From Escherichia phage vB_EcoS-26175I, in sequence record NC_133255.1: a stretch of DNA of 64,000 nucleotides; one strand, written 5' to 3'. Shown here piece after piece: positions 1 through 10,947 of this stretch. Below the pieces are notes generated by a model. That model saw only the letters and a list, made by a program, of their open reading frames with translations, was not told where the DNA came from and ran no database searches. Position 1 is the first letter of the stretch; the number at the start of each line of letters is the position of its first letter. Both the position numbers and the translations under genes were made by a program.

Positions 1-1848
1 GTGCTGTCCGCTCGCATAGAATACCAGAGATTTATATTATCAGATCTTGTTAATTGCCATGTATATTGTGCAACTCCATCTACGGTATAAATGTAGTTGG
101 CTACCGTACAGTCAGAGTTTTCAAGATGGGATAACTTGTTGTGTCTAACACCGTCTAACGACTCTTGGCTTTTTAGCTTTACAATTGTAGCAGTGTATGC
201 GTCAGAATTCCCAAAAAGTGCTCGAGCTACAAGGTTTGATTGTGTTTCTAATCCATTCTGTGGTAGTAAAGTCCCTGGTATATAAAGGTGTCCATTAGAA
301 TTAAAACGCATTACTGCTGTATTTGTTCCATGTGCTTCAACCCTTGCTTCGGTAATTCCATTTCCAATTGCTGCTTGTGCGTAGAAATCTGCACTAAAGT
401 TATCGGTAACTCCTACTTTATACTTTGAACTAACTCTGCCGCCACTTACTACAGTATTCACTGGAGGTAATACTGCATCGGCATTGTTAACACTCCAAGA
501 AGTATTTGCCGCAACAAAACCACCAGATGCACGAATAACCCAAACACCAACAAAACTACGGGGCAATATGTTGTTTTTTATTGAATATTTTCCATAGACT
601 CCATCACTGGCCCCAGCGTTAATTGTTAATACTGCGTTGTTTCTTACTCTGCTAAAAGTACCATCATTAGGTAAAAATGTATCTTCAACTGCAGAATTAT
701 ATCCGAAAGCTCCGCTTACAGCTTTAGGTGCTGGTTGCCAAACTTTTCCGCTTGTATCGTTTGCTGCCGTACCATAAATATTAGGTGCTGCCGCTTCATA
801 GACACGCCCATCTTCGGAAGAATTACCACCATCACCACGCCCAAAAAGACTTAACGTAGAATTTGGTTGCGCACCGTTCCGGTCAGGCACACGGAAGGTA
901 GTAGATCCGTTACCCGTTGAATACCTACCTCGTTTTTCTGGGTCAGCAAGCCATTCAGCATCGGAAATAGGCGATAACATTTGAGCGTATGCCCACAATT
1001 CAGGCCAGTCTGCGCGATTTAGCAATTGACCATCTGATAAGACTTCATATGGTTGAATATACGCACGACTATCACGAAGATGGAAATCACCAACGCCATA
1101 GTTCATTACACCATTCATTGTCGGGCCGACAGTGCCTGTATTTACAAGGTTTTGCACCCAACGTTTCGTCGCTGCATCATAATCGTTAACCGGATCACCA
1201 GACAGTGGAGTAGGACCTTGTGGCCTAACAACAGACCATAAAGCTTCCCTATTGGTTACTCCTGTACCTCCCTGTTCAACAGATAATGATATCCACTTGT
1301 TTTCTACGTCACTATACGCACCCCAAGCACCTGAATTCTGAATAGTTAACCTTGAGCTTTTATCTCCACTATACACTCGAGTTTCTGTTCCAAATTCCTG
1401 GCTAAATCTATCAAGTTCTAGTGCAGTTTTAGCCCCATCTACAGTAGAAGAACCAGTACCACCCTGAGCAATAGTAATAGCTTTGGTAAGTGAATTTAGT
1501 TCTGTAATATCGTTATTAGCACCCTTACCTGCTTTAGTATCTAGGCCAGTATTAATACTCTCAATGGATGTGTTAATACCACCCAAAGCAGAATTAATAC
1601 CCCCAATAGACTCGTTAATGCTACTAACAGACTCATTAGTATTGTTAATAGAAGTATCAATTCCACTTAGACGAGTGTTTAATTCTTGCTGATCTATATT
1701 ATACTTAGAGATTTGTAAGTATTTAGAAGTTAATACAACAGCACCAGCCTCTCCATCAACAGAGAAAACACCAGCAACAGCAGCATCTCTGTTAACTACA
1801 ATATATGGCGCCATTGCGCCAGATTTAGGCATTAAATTACGTGACATA
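1..1848 (-). CDS. L-shaped tail fibre protein, paralogue B (N-terminal 616 codons in window; C-terminus lies beyond window start)
   Basis: Open minus-strand frame from ATG at 1846-1848 (AGGA RBS 7 nt upstream) to window edge; N-terminus MSRNLMPKSGAMAPYIV; shares GGTG motifs and a ...PLxxDPVxxxDAATxxWV... segment with the 697-aa fibre at 2800-4893. Confidence 0.6.
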
Positions 1849-2246
1849 AGATTTCCTAATAAGATTAGAATTACTCCCTAATCTCTTGTAAACTTTTAGA
1901 GTAAAGTGCGAGTCCCTTCGCACAATAGGTTATTATGGAGTATTTTTTATTTTACTCACTTCTGTTTCAAGTGTGGACACACAGTTAACTAAAGCTAGAG
2001 CTTGATTTACTTCCGTAAGAAGTTTCTTAAGAGTAGTAATCCCTCCCTTTAAGCTATCAATTTCTTTTGCTTACTGGTCATTTTCATCCCTTAGCTGAAG
2101 AAGAGCTTCATGGTGTAGTACTCTGTCTTTTCATCGAACATGATGTTGTCCGCATATTGCCGAGTTTGATCGGACTGTATACTCACAACATCCGCGCGGA
2201 TGTAAAAACCCTGCAACAGCATGGTTTAGGAGGAATCCAAATGGTG

Positions 2247-2684
2247 TTACTTTTGTAACATCAGATTAACTAGTTCTTTAAGCTCTGCGACTTCTGACTT
2301 CAGCGTTTCGATTTCCGTATTCTTTCTCTGTAACTCCTGAACGACGGTTACTACATCCGCCATGACCGCGCGGTCATTTACGTTCATTATCTCAAATTCA
2401 TTACCGTCATCACCAAGAGCGGTCCCACCAAAGTAAGTATAGGTATCGTCGATATCAGCCATTTGCTGTGCAAGAAAACCGCGCTGACGGATTTTACTTC
2501 CGTTATAGTAAAATTCCATGACACCTATTTTAGCAATCCTTTCCGCTGCGCCATCCCTTGCAGGAGCAAAGCTATTCTTAATGCGGATATCAGATCCTTG
2601 GATGGCGACGCGCCCTTCAGGGGTGTACATCCCGTTATCTGCTCGGATCGAAAAATATTTAATATCAAGACCTGTTACGTCCAT
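2247..2684 (-). CDS. hypothetical protein with C-terminal coiled coil, between the two fibre genes (possible fibre assembly/attachment protein)
   Basis: 145-aa ORF; position between fibre paralogues; heptad-like C-terminus ...ELQRKNTEIETLKSEVAELKELVNLM. Confidence 0.4.
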   Translation of the reverse strand: MDVTGLDIKYFSIRADNGMYTPEGRVAIQGSDIRIKNSFAPARDGAAERIAKIGVMEFYYNGSKIRQRGFLAQQMADIDDTYTYFGGTALGDDGNEFEIMNVNDRAVMADVVTVVQELQRKNTEIETLKSEVAELKELVNLMLQK

Positions 2685-2799
2685 CCTTGTTACAAACTGT
2701 TGTTGTGAACCTCCTGGAGATACAAGATAGTGATATATTTTTGTTGTGTTATTTTCGACTTGGCTCAGATAGTTGACGTTATCCGCGTCCGACGACGAT

Positions 2800-4893
2800 C
2801 TATCCGCTTTTTTTTATTATGACCGCCGGGCCGAAAGCGCCATCACGGCCCGAAAATACGCGCCCCCGGGCTTCACTCTCACATGACATATTGCCATCAG
2901 AGTCTATCGCCAAAATAGCCTGTTTAAGTACGCCACCGATTCTGGATACTGCTGATATGCGAGTCACCACCACTGACGACCCTTTCGTCGCAGCCACGGA
3001 CATCGACGCATCGGCGATATTAACGCCGTTTTCGGATAGTCGGCTAGTCAGCCACCCGCCCGCCGTAGCCCCCGCAGGTAGAACAGTCTCCTTATGTACG
3101 ACCTGCAACGTGTCCTGGATATTAGGGTTAGTCACCTTTTCCAGAACCCAGCCACGCGTCGCGGCATCCATCTCGCTAACTGGATCTGCTGCTAACGGCG
3201 TGGCACCTATTGGGCGGACGTTAAGCCAAGCAGCGGCGCGGTCTGCGAGATCGCTCAAGTTATTTGCTTTCTTGAGTACATCTGAAGAAGCTGGAACTTC
3301 TAGGGCAGTTCTAGCCTCTTCTACTGTAGAAGCTCCGGTACCACCTTTATTTATCGGGATAATATCTTCGGTAGAAGCTTCTCCAAGTCCTAAAACTGAT
3401 CTTGCAGTTTCAATAGTAGAAGCTCCGGTACCACCTTTATTTATTGGGATAATATCTTCTACAGAGGCTTCTCCAAGTCCTAAAGCTGATCTTGCAGTCT
3501 CAATAGTAGAAGCACCAGTACCTCCTTTAGCTACAGGTAAAATTCCCTCAAAACTATCTGCAGAAATGGCAATATTAACAGAACCATCTGCAGAAGGTCC
3601 AATCCCATTAACCATAGTAATATACGGAATTTGTTCTTTAATAGCACCAGCGTTTTCCTCGCCTTTTGCAGCAGCACGGAATGCTTGACCCTGCATCATA
3701 TCAGGTAGACGGAAAGTAGTAGTACCATTACCAGTGGAGAAATAGAGAGTTGCACCAGCTTGCCATTGTTCCTCAGTAACCGAAGGGATTAAGCCAGCTT
3801 CAATAGCTTCCCAAGTATCTGGGTAGTCTACACGTAGAACCTCACGACCATCAGCAGGAAGAACACCAGGGTACCCAACGCCTGAATCCTTATCATAAGG
3901 GAACCAAGTAACTTCACCTAACCACAGAGAAGGATTACCACCAGGAAGAGTAATCTGTATGTTACCTACATCATCTGCACGAACGTTATTAATAGAAACT
4001 ATCTTTTGCTCTGCCTCTACTAACTCTAATTCTGGAGTCTCAGCAGTTCCAGCTACTTTGTACCACCCATATTTTGAGTCAGTTTGGTTCCATACTAGGA
4101 TCTTTTCACCTAGTGCGCGACTACTAACGTCAGTATCCGCTTCTTCTTTGGTCTTGTAGACTTTGATAAAGCCAGATATATCTTCTTTATCCAGTTTGCT
4201 ATCTACAATCTGAGATGCGCGATCGGCTTCAGCCTTAGCACGATTTGCCTCAGTAGTAGCAGTTTCAGCTTGGGTTTCCGCTTCCACTTCTGATGTTGCG
4301 GCATTGGTTTCAGAAGTTTTAGCATTTAATTCAGATTGTTTAGCGGCTGCAGCATGTTCCCCAGCAGTACTAGCTGATGCCTCAGCACTAGTTTCAGCTG
4401 TTTCAGCCCCAGTTCTTGCAGTCTCTGCCGCTATTTGAGCAGTTTGAGCAGCAGATTTAGCTTGTTCAGCAAGCCTACGACTAGTCTCAGCATTCTGAGC
4501 AGCTAGTTCAGCAGAATCTCTAAATCCTTTAGATTCTTCCGCAGATAGTGCGGATGCTTCTGCACTCTTCTGTGATAGTCCCGCTTGTCTCTCCGCTTCG
4601 GTAGCAGAAGCAGCAGACTGGGTTGCTGAGATTTCAGAAGCACCAGCATGAATACCAGCCTGAATTTCTGAATATTTAGCTTTATTCTCTGAGTCTTTAG
4701 CTGCTATTTCAGAATCTTCTGCTGCCGCAGCAGAAGCAGCAGAGGCTTCTACAGCAGCAGTTAATTCACCAGCAGTAATAGAACTAATAGAATTACCTAA
4801 AACTACTGTATATTTAGGATACTTACTAGCAGTAGTTGTAGTGTCATCTATGTTCAGAATCTGCTGTACAATAATTTTAGTTTTAAGTGCCAT
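2800..4893 (-). CDS. L-shaped tail fibre protein, paralogue A (Ala/Glu-rich coiled N-terminal region, tandem 34-aa repeats)
   Basis: 697-aa ORF; repeated IPINKGGTGASTIETARSxLGLGEAS units; start overlaps stop of upstream collar gene at 4893. Confidence 0.65.
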   Translation of the reverse strand: MALKTKIIVQQILNIDDTTTTASKYPKYTVVLGNSISSITAGELTAAVEASAASAAAAEDSEIAAKDSENKAKYSEIQAGIHAGASEISATQSAASATEAERQAGLSQKSAEASALSAEESKGFRDSAELAAQNAETSRRLAEQAKSAAQTAQIAAETARTGAETAETSAEASASTAGEHAAAAKQSELNAKTSETNAATSEVEAETQAETATTEANRAKAEADRASQIVDSKLDKEDISGFIKVYKTKEEADTDVSSRALGEKILVWNQTDSKYGWYKVAGTAETPELELVEAEQKIVSINNVRADDVGNIQITLPGGNPSLWLGEVTWFPYDKDSGVGYPGVLPADGREVLRVDYPDTWEAIEAGLIPSVTEEQWQAGATLYFSTGNGTTTFRLPDMMQGQAFRAAAKGEENAGAIKEQIPYITMVNGIGPSADGSVNIAISADSFEGILPVAKGGTGASTIETARSALGLGEASVEDIIPINKGGTGASTIETARSVLGLGEASTEDIIPINKGGTGASTVEEARTALEVPASSDVLKKANNLSDLADRAAAWLNVRPIGATPLAADPVSEMDAATRGWVLEKVTNPNIQDTLQVVHKETVLPAGATAGGWLTSRLSENGVNIADASMSVAATKGSSVVVTRISAVSRIGGVLKQAILAIDSDGNMSCESEARGRVFSGRDGAFGPAVIIKKSG

Positions 4894-5315
4894 TATTGAG
4901 TTACTCCATCGCTGATGTATACTTTACCTTCCATAATACGGAAAGAACTGACTTCAGAGCCAATTACATCACGAGTCATTAGGATATCATAATAACCAGC
5001 AAAACGTTGTCTTGGGTTATACTTATCACGTTCTTTAGATGCTTTTTCACCAATATTAGTAACGTCTGCAACGGAAAGACTAATTGCAGCAGCACCTTGA
5101 GCAGCATCAATAACACGAGTTTTAAAGTTAGCTAGAACCTCGGCGTTCTCATCTAAACTAGATTTAATAGTTCCTCGGAGTGAATACCCCGTCAAGTTAA
5201 CAGGAATTTCTGTTGGTGGATATACACTATCATTAACATCCATAAACTGCATGATAAGACCATAAGGTACTTTTTCATCAACAACAATATCAATAACTCG
5301 GTTTTCTGTACTCAT
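4893..5315 (-). CDS. tail collar protein (T5 p132-like)
   Basis: 140-aa ORF, same length and position as T5 p132 downstream of pb4. Confidence 0.55.
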   Translation of the reverse strand: MSTENRVIDIVVDEKVPYGLIMQFMDVNDSVYPPTEIPVNLTGYSLRGTIKSSLDENAEVLANFKTRVIDAAQGAAAISLSVADVTNIGEKASKERDKYNPRQRFAGYYDILMTRDVIGSEVSSFRIMEGKVYISDGVTQ

Positions 5316-5320
5316 TATAA

Positions 5321-7378
5321 TTACCTTATATGGATATACCCACTATTTAGGTCTATCTTCATCTTATAGTATGCTTCAGGGTTCCCTGATAACGCAGCAT
5401 TTCTATCATAGATTATATTAACACCGATTTGTGATAAGAAGGCATTTCCTGCCACAATCTTATCCGCAGTAACAGTTCCATTAACAATCATATTGCCATG
5501 AAGAACCATTGCAGGGTTAATCCATCCAACTCCGTTCCATTGACGGGTAAATGCTGTTTGCGGAGCATTACTGTTAAATTGTGTTAGAACATCATACTTA
5601 ACCGGAGGTTTTCCAAAGTTATTTTGGAAGAATGCATTAGCTTGTCCGTCATCCCAACCACCTAGTCCAGGAATACCCATGGAGTACATCCCAGGACCAC
5701 GCTGTCCATCGTGTCCTATAGTACCTTCAGTACCACTCCACTGAACTACATCAGACCAGCTAGTACCTTCAAGAAGTTTGTTAGTAACTGGATCAAGTGT
5801 ACCTGTAGTCGCATAGATATTTTGTGTCATATCTATACGATTAGGTGGAGTTTTAGACCAGCCTGGGGGTGGATAATCTTGTTCTAATGGTTTAGCTGGC
5901 AGAGATGTTGCTAACTTATAAACAAATACTGTTTGCTTACCTTGTAAACCAGTTCCAATATCTACGTCACCATTTGGTGTTCCAATTACTACACCACTAG
6001 AGATACGCAGAGTAGTACCGTCATAACGTATCCATTGTGTGGCGTTACCAATATCTAATTTAGCTTTGGCGGAGGTATTATCCATACCCATCCAAATACC
6101 AGAGTTATTATCTCCCCAAGATTTACCTTGAGTGTAAATTGCTGGATTATCTTTACCAGACAAGTTAGTCATAATAAAGTTCGCAGCATTAATATCTCTA
6201 GTAATTACTTTACCATCAACGTTAACAACACGATTTATAGGATCGAAAGAAATAGGTGCTTTTCCTTCTTCATCTAGCAGACCAATGTTAATAGCACCAG
6301 TAGCTGCATCAATTAGGAATGTCTGTCTCCAGATTTCCCCATCTTTCATACTACCCTTAATAAAGGCATAGTTAACATCAATACCCGTCTCATTGACAAA
6401 ACTGTTATCTAGAGGAGTATCCTCATTCAGAATAAATGTTACAGGAGCTGACTCTGTTATATCCTGTTTATTTGGCCCCCAGGCAATTGATGCTACCTTA
6501 AAAGTATGTTCAACTTTCCATGGGAATGATATAATCGTTGCAGCTCTAGCAGCCCCCACGTTTATCTTTTGAGCTTTAGCCCAGCCAGTCTTAGCGTATT
6601 CTTCGGAGTTTATATAAGTAACCAAGAACTCACGAACATTAGCACCAGCACCGCGTTCCCAATCCCACTCAATTCTAACATCATATCGTTCTTTACCATC
6701 AGCAATTCGTGCAGCTTTAAAAACAATATCGATAGGTGCAGTAGGAGGAACAAAATTATAAGCTACAGTTAGAATACTAGGGAACTCATAGTAACCAGAA
6801 GAATCAACTGTAACACCATCAGGCATAGTTACTTGACCAGATATTCTGATCTTATAATCTCCGATAGGAACTCCACCAAATTTAATAGTAGAACCTAAAG
6901 CCCCAATGTAATACTTAGTCCAAGGACTATCTTCCGTGGCTGTACTTTTTAACTCAATAGTACAGTAACTTGCTTCACCAGTAGTTTCCACAACAACTAT
7001 TGGAGCGCCCACCCCAACATCCACTGGTTCTGACTCAGATCTTGCTGCAACAATTATTGGCTTCTCTTTTGTTTTAAAGTTAGTTTCATTAGAGAGGTTA
7101 ATACCAATTTTTGCATTTAAAAGTTCTGAGTCAATAATTGAGTCATAAAAAGCTCCCTGAATCTGATAGGTTGTTGAGGGAGTTAAGTTATTGATCATAA
7201 CAAAGAAAGTGTCGATTCCAGTGAAATCTCTTCTATCCACTTCTTCGCCAAGTTTAAGCCAGAATGATCTACCGATAACATCGTAGTCGGTATAGATAGA
7301 ATGCTGGATATACGCCATAGTATACCCAGTCATAATACTATTTAAGACCATCTTGGCTGGTGCATTATTCGAAATCAT
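5321..7378 (-). CDS. baseplate/central tail-tip protein (T5 pb4-like)
   Basis: 685-aa ORF directly downstream of the pb3-like gene; size and synteny match T5 pb4 (688 aa). Confidence 0.65.
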   Translation of the reverse strand: MISNNAPAKMVLNSIMTGYTMAYIQHSIYTDYDVIGRSFWLKLGEEVDRRDFTGIDTFFVMINNLTPSTTYQIQGAFYDSIIDSELLNAKIGINLSNETNFKTKEKPIIVAARSESEPVDVGVGAPIVVVETTGEASYCTIELKSTATEDSPWTKYYIGALGSTIKFGGVPIGDYKIRISGQVTMPDGVTVDSSGYYEFPSILTVAYNFVPPTAPIDIVFKAARIADGKERYDVRIEWDWERGAGANVREFLVTYINSEEYAKTGWAKAQKINVGAARAATIISFPWKVEHTFKVASIAWGPNKQDITESAPVTFILNEDTPLDNSFVNETGIDVNYAFIKGSMKDGEIWRQTFLIDAATGAINIGLLDEEGKAPISFDPINRVVNVDGKVITRDINAANFIMTNLSGKDNPAIYTQGKSWGDNNSGIWMGMDNTSAKAKLDIGNATQWIRYDGTTLRISSGVVIGTPNGDVDIGTGLQGKQTVFVYKLATSLPAKPLEQDYPPPGWSKTPPNRIDMTQNIYATTGTLDPVTNKLLEGTSWSDVVQWSGTEGTIGHDGQRGPGMYSMGIPGLGGWDDGQANAFFQNNFGKPPVKYDVLTQFNSNAPQTAFTRQWNGVGWINPAMVLHGNMIVNGTVTADKIVAGNAFLSQIGVNIIYDRNAALSGNPEAYYKMKIDLNSGYIHIR

Positions 7379-10228
7379 TTAAATAGATGCCCAATCCACA
7401 GATTGCTCGCCATTATCACCTTCTGCTCGTATACGGAAGCGTAACTTCCTATTAATACCTAGAGCATCCTCGTTATGAAGAGCATAGTCTGCCTTATTGT
7501 ATATCAGTAGATAATCGTAGACATACTGATCTTCAATTCGTACACTTCTTAATAAACGATCTAGGTTATCGTAGATTTCGAGAGTGTAGAAGATTCCATC
7601 AATGATATCTTCTTCTGGAATTCTATCCCAGGCCAACTTAACGTCTGGTCCTACAAACTCCGATGCATCTCCTGAAGCTGTATTAGTAACTCTGAAGTTA
7701 CTAACGACGCTTAAGTTTTTAGCAGAGTTAAGTTCTACTGATAGTGTTACTGGAGAACTTCGTCTACCATTAATATCTACAGCTCTAATCTCAAATACTG
7801 CTAAACCAGCAGGTTCTCCAATAATTTCTTGGATCATTCGTAGATTTGGATTAGTTTCTAGTTGCTGTATGATATAAGGATTAGCATGTCCAGAGTGAAC
7901 GATGGAGTAATAAACAACGTTATTAGTTAAGCTAGGAAGCCAAGATAACTCACCATTCTTACCAATAGATCCTACTTGTCCACCCGGTGTTGGTGTATAC
8001 ATAAAGTCTCTAGGAGGCAGTACATTATTACTAACATCAGGGATATCGTTACCACTATTATCAACCTGCTCGGAGTTAATGAATACATCCTCACCATACT
8101 CTTGCAGTGTAATATTAATCTTACCTTCTCTAGAGTTTTCAACTTCATCAACTAGGAAGTATTTCTTATCCCAACCATAACGACCATAAGTAAAAGCAAT
8201 GGGGTCATTAGGCTCAATGCCTATGAAGTGATATGGTAATGAGAATGTGAGAGTTCGTGAGTAACGAGACTTTTTCAGTTCTCTATCTGCAAAACTACGG
8301 GCAGTATAGTAGTTAGTGATATTTGCAAAAGAAAGTTGAAGTTTTTTATCTAACCCTTTATCCTGTTCCTTAAATATAGAGTTAAAGAATGTAATGGAGT
8401 TAGTCTTCCAGCTTAATGCGGGATCTAATATAGAGGCTTGTACTGAGTTAAACTTATTTCTACCAGTAGTATCTGATAGCTCCAAATCACCATAAGTATC
8501 TAAGAAGTCAATCTCCAGTGGGGTGTTGGAGAACTTCTCAACAGTTATTCTATATTGCCCAGATAAGTTATTAATAGCACCACCATAAGACTCTATCAAT
8601 CCCTGCACATTTTTAAATACTGACTCAGAGGTATCAAGAATAGTGTTCATTTGAACTATTTGTCTATTCTCTCCTACAGCATCAGTCCACCCAACATATC
8701 TCCAATAGGGTTGCCAAGAAACCTGATAGGATTCATCAATTATATCCAGAATAGCTGCTTCTTGAATAAGTTGCTGGAGGGGGAACTGATCAATAGTGAT
8801 ATTAGCACCGTAGCGATCAGAGGTTAGGTAGTCCAGAGTTTGCCAGATACCGTTTAAGCTAGTCTTATCAGCAGTTACTCTACCATCTGAATGGTAGATT
8901 TTAGTCTTCTTACCTTGAACTTCAGCACTAACTTCTGGAATTTCTGTTCTGTTTTCGTTAATAGTAAAGCGAACAATAGCATAAGCAGTATCTAACAGTT
9001 TATAACGAGAGTCCCAGTATTCCGGTCCATTCTCATTCATGTTCTGTAGATAGAAACCTTTCTCTTTTGCAATGTTAACTAGAACATCCGCAGCAGATTG
9101 GTCTGCTCTACCATGGTAAGTCCAGATACGGATATCGCCATTACCATCATTATACCTATATTCCTGTCCATGAACAGAAGGTTCAGAGCTTGATTGACCA
9201 GAAGCAATACGTTGCATGGTATCTCCAGCTACTTTCTTAGTACCAAAGCAAGTACGAGACTTACTATCATTAGGATCAATACAGATCATTGGTACATCAC
9301 CAAAGTAGAAATCTAGAAATCCATCAATCTCACCCTCACAGAATGCATACACTATATATACAATATTAGGGTTATGCAGCTCAGTATCTGCGAATACGGG
9401 GATTCCAGGAATTTTCTGAGTTCCATACACTACCGGGAGGAACTTAGCTGCTAAGTTAAAATCGATATCAACTTCCTTAGTCACAGTCTCATAGTATTTC
9501 TTCATGCTATAGCTTCTAGAAAGACCAAATAACTTTTTCTTAGACTGTAACTTGTAGCGTTCTTCCTGAACCTGATACTTAGCAAGAATAGAGATACTCT
9601 TATTAGCGTGGAAGAATCCATAGTCCTCTTGATATTCAGGTCGCTTAGCACCGTTAGATGGAACTAATTGGCCAGCAACAATCTCAAGTCCCCTATGGGC
9701 AGCATCATCTGTGAAACGTCCGTTTACTCTATCAAAGTCATAGAATTGATTTGAACAGTTCCATGTGATAGTAGATGTGCTAATTCCAGAAGTACCAATG
9801 TTATCCTTAATACCTCCACCAGTAATTTTACCACGAAAGTAAAGTAAAGGACCATTAGTGTCTGAATCTACAGGAAGAATATTGCCTTCTTCATCAATAA
9901 CCGCTTGATGGATTGAGATAGACCTATCTAGGAAGGATACACCATTTTGGACTAGTTTTAATACTTCATCCTCCGCAGTACCTGTGATAGTAAAAGAAAG
10001 ACTACCAATGGAAAGATCTCTATTTTGTTTATGTGTTGTTATAGACTTAACCTTACCGGAGGTATAAAGAATACCATTATATCTTACATCTCTAAAATAA
10101 TCTGTAAGATATATGTATGCAGAACTTGATCCAGTAGAACCAGGCAATTCAAGAGTAATAAGACATGCAGTTTTTATTTTATTATGAGTTCTTAAATACT
10201 CTCTTGCACTGTCAAGAATTTTCTTCAT
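7379..10228 (-). CDS. baseplate hub protein (T5 pb3-like)
   Basis: 949-aa ORF, same length as T5 pb3; follows distal tail protein. Confidence 0.7.
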   Translation of the reverse strand: MKKILDSAREYLRTHNKIKTACLITLELPGSTGSSSAYIYLTDYFRDVRYNGILYTSGKVKSITTHKQNRDLSIGSLSFTITGTAEDEVLKLVQNGVSFLDRSISIHQAVIDEEGNILPVDSDTNGPLLYFRGKITGGGIKDNIGTSGISTSTITWNCSNQFYDFDRVNGRFTDDAAHRGLEIVAGQLVPSNGAKRPEYQEDYGFFHANKSISILAKYQVQEERYKLQSKKKLFGLSRSYSMKKYYETVTKEVDIDFNLAAKFLPVVYGTQKIPGIPVFADTELHNPNIVYIVYAFCEGEIDGFLDFYFGDVPMICIDPNDSKSRTCFGTKKVAGDTMQRIASGQSSSEPSVHGQEYRYNDGNGDIRIWTYHGRADQSAADVLVNIAKEKGFYLQNMNENGPEYWDSRYKLLDTAYAIVRFTINENRTEIPEVSAEVQGKKTKIYHSDGRVTADKTSLNGIWQTLDYLTSDRYGANITIDQFPLQQLIQEAAILDIIDESYQVSWQPYWRYVGWTDAVGENRQIVQMNTILDTSESVFKNVQGLIESYGGAINNLSGQYRITVEKFSNTPLEIDFLDTYGDLELSDTTGRNKFNSVQASILDPALSWKTNSITFFNSIFKEQDKGLDKKLQLSFANITNYYTARSFADRELKKSRYSRTLTFSLPYHFIGIEPNDPIAFTYGRYGWDKKYFLVDEVENSREGKINITLQEYGEDVFINSEQVDNSGNDIPDVSNNVLPPRDFMYTPTPGGQVGSIGKNGELSWLPSLTNNVVYYSIVHSGHANPYIIQQLETNPNLRMIQEIIGEPAGLAVFEIRAVDINGRRSSPVTLSVELNSAKNLSVVSNFRVTNTASGDASEFVGPDVKLAWDRIPEEDIIDGIFYTLEIYDNLDRLLRSVRIEDQYVYDYLLIYNKADYALHNEDALGINRKLRFRIRAEGDNGEQSVDWASI

Positions 10229-10839
10229 AGACTTTCCCTCAAGGAAAGTGAAATACCAGTATATGTACCATTGCTATTTAACGTAGAGCCGAAGCTATCT
10301 CCGTTCATTAACTTAGTTCTAAATAGAATACCATTAAATACTGGTTTCTCACTACCCGTAGTAGTAATGAATAGATCAGGGTAAACACTTATATTCCAAG
10401 TATTCCCTACTGTGTTGATGGAAGTGATTTTATACACTTTTGGGTGGCTAGACAATTTAAATAAATCACCTGGTTTAGGCAGTCCACGAAGTGTACCCTT
10501 AGTATCCATAATAACTATTGAACCTTTTTGTCCAGCAGGAATATTTACAGCACTAGTATCGCCATGAACTCGGAAGGCTTCATATTGTGGTAATAACACA
10601 TCAATATAGCCACCTGTTCTTTTATAATCTAGAATGAATGAGTCTAATTTAGCAAATTCATCTGGGAATAATTCTGGATAAGAGATATTAATACCCCAAT
10701 ATTGAGCAGACACCTTAACCTCCCTAACTTTACCATTAGGTAATTCATCACGAATCATAGGGTCATTGTCTACTAAGTTAACGCTTTCAAAACCTAACCC
10801 TGATAGCTCTGGGTTCGTGTATGGGTCTGGTAGTCTCAT
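10225..10839 (-). CDS. distal tail protein Dit (T5 pb9-like)
   Basis: 204-aa ORF immediately after tape measure gene; same length as T5 pb9. Confidence 0.65.
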   Translation of the reverse strand: MRLPDPYTNPELSGLGFESVNLVDNDPMIRDELPNGKVREVKVSAQYWGINISYPELFPDEFAKLDSFILDYKRTGGYIDVLLPQYEAFRVHGDTSAVNIPAGQKGSIVIMDTKGTLRGLPKPGDLFKLSSHPKVYKITSINTVGNTWNISVYPDLFITTTGSEKPVFNGILFRTKLMNGDSFGSTLNSNGTYTGISLSLRESL

Positions 10840-10904
10840 AGTTAATTTCTCCTCTTAATAACAATATTATAATAGGATTGGAAAATTTTATCAAGAAATT
10901 TTTA

Positions 10905-10941
10905 TTTTTCCATAAAGAAAAGGAGGACATAAAGTCCTCCT
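10905..10941 (-). terminator. rho-independent terminator after tape measure gene
   Basis: Hairpin AGGAGGAC-N5-GTCCTCCT with T-rich tail on minus strand. Confidence 0.55.
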
Positions 10942-10947
10942 CCAGTA

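Noticed and set aside
2819-3688. 289-aa plus-strand ORF
   Set aside because: Lies entirely inside the 697-aa minus-strand fibre gene; its Pro/Ala/Ser-rich translation is the antisense reading of the repeat-rich fibre sequence.
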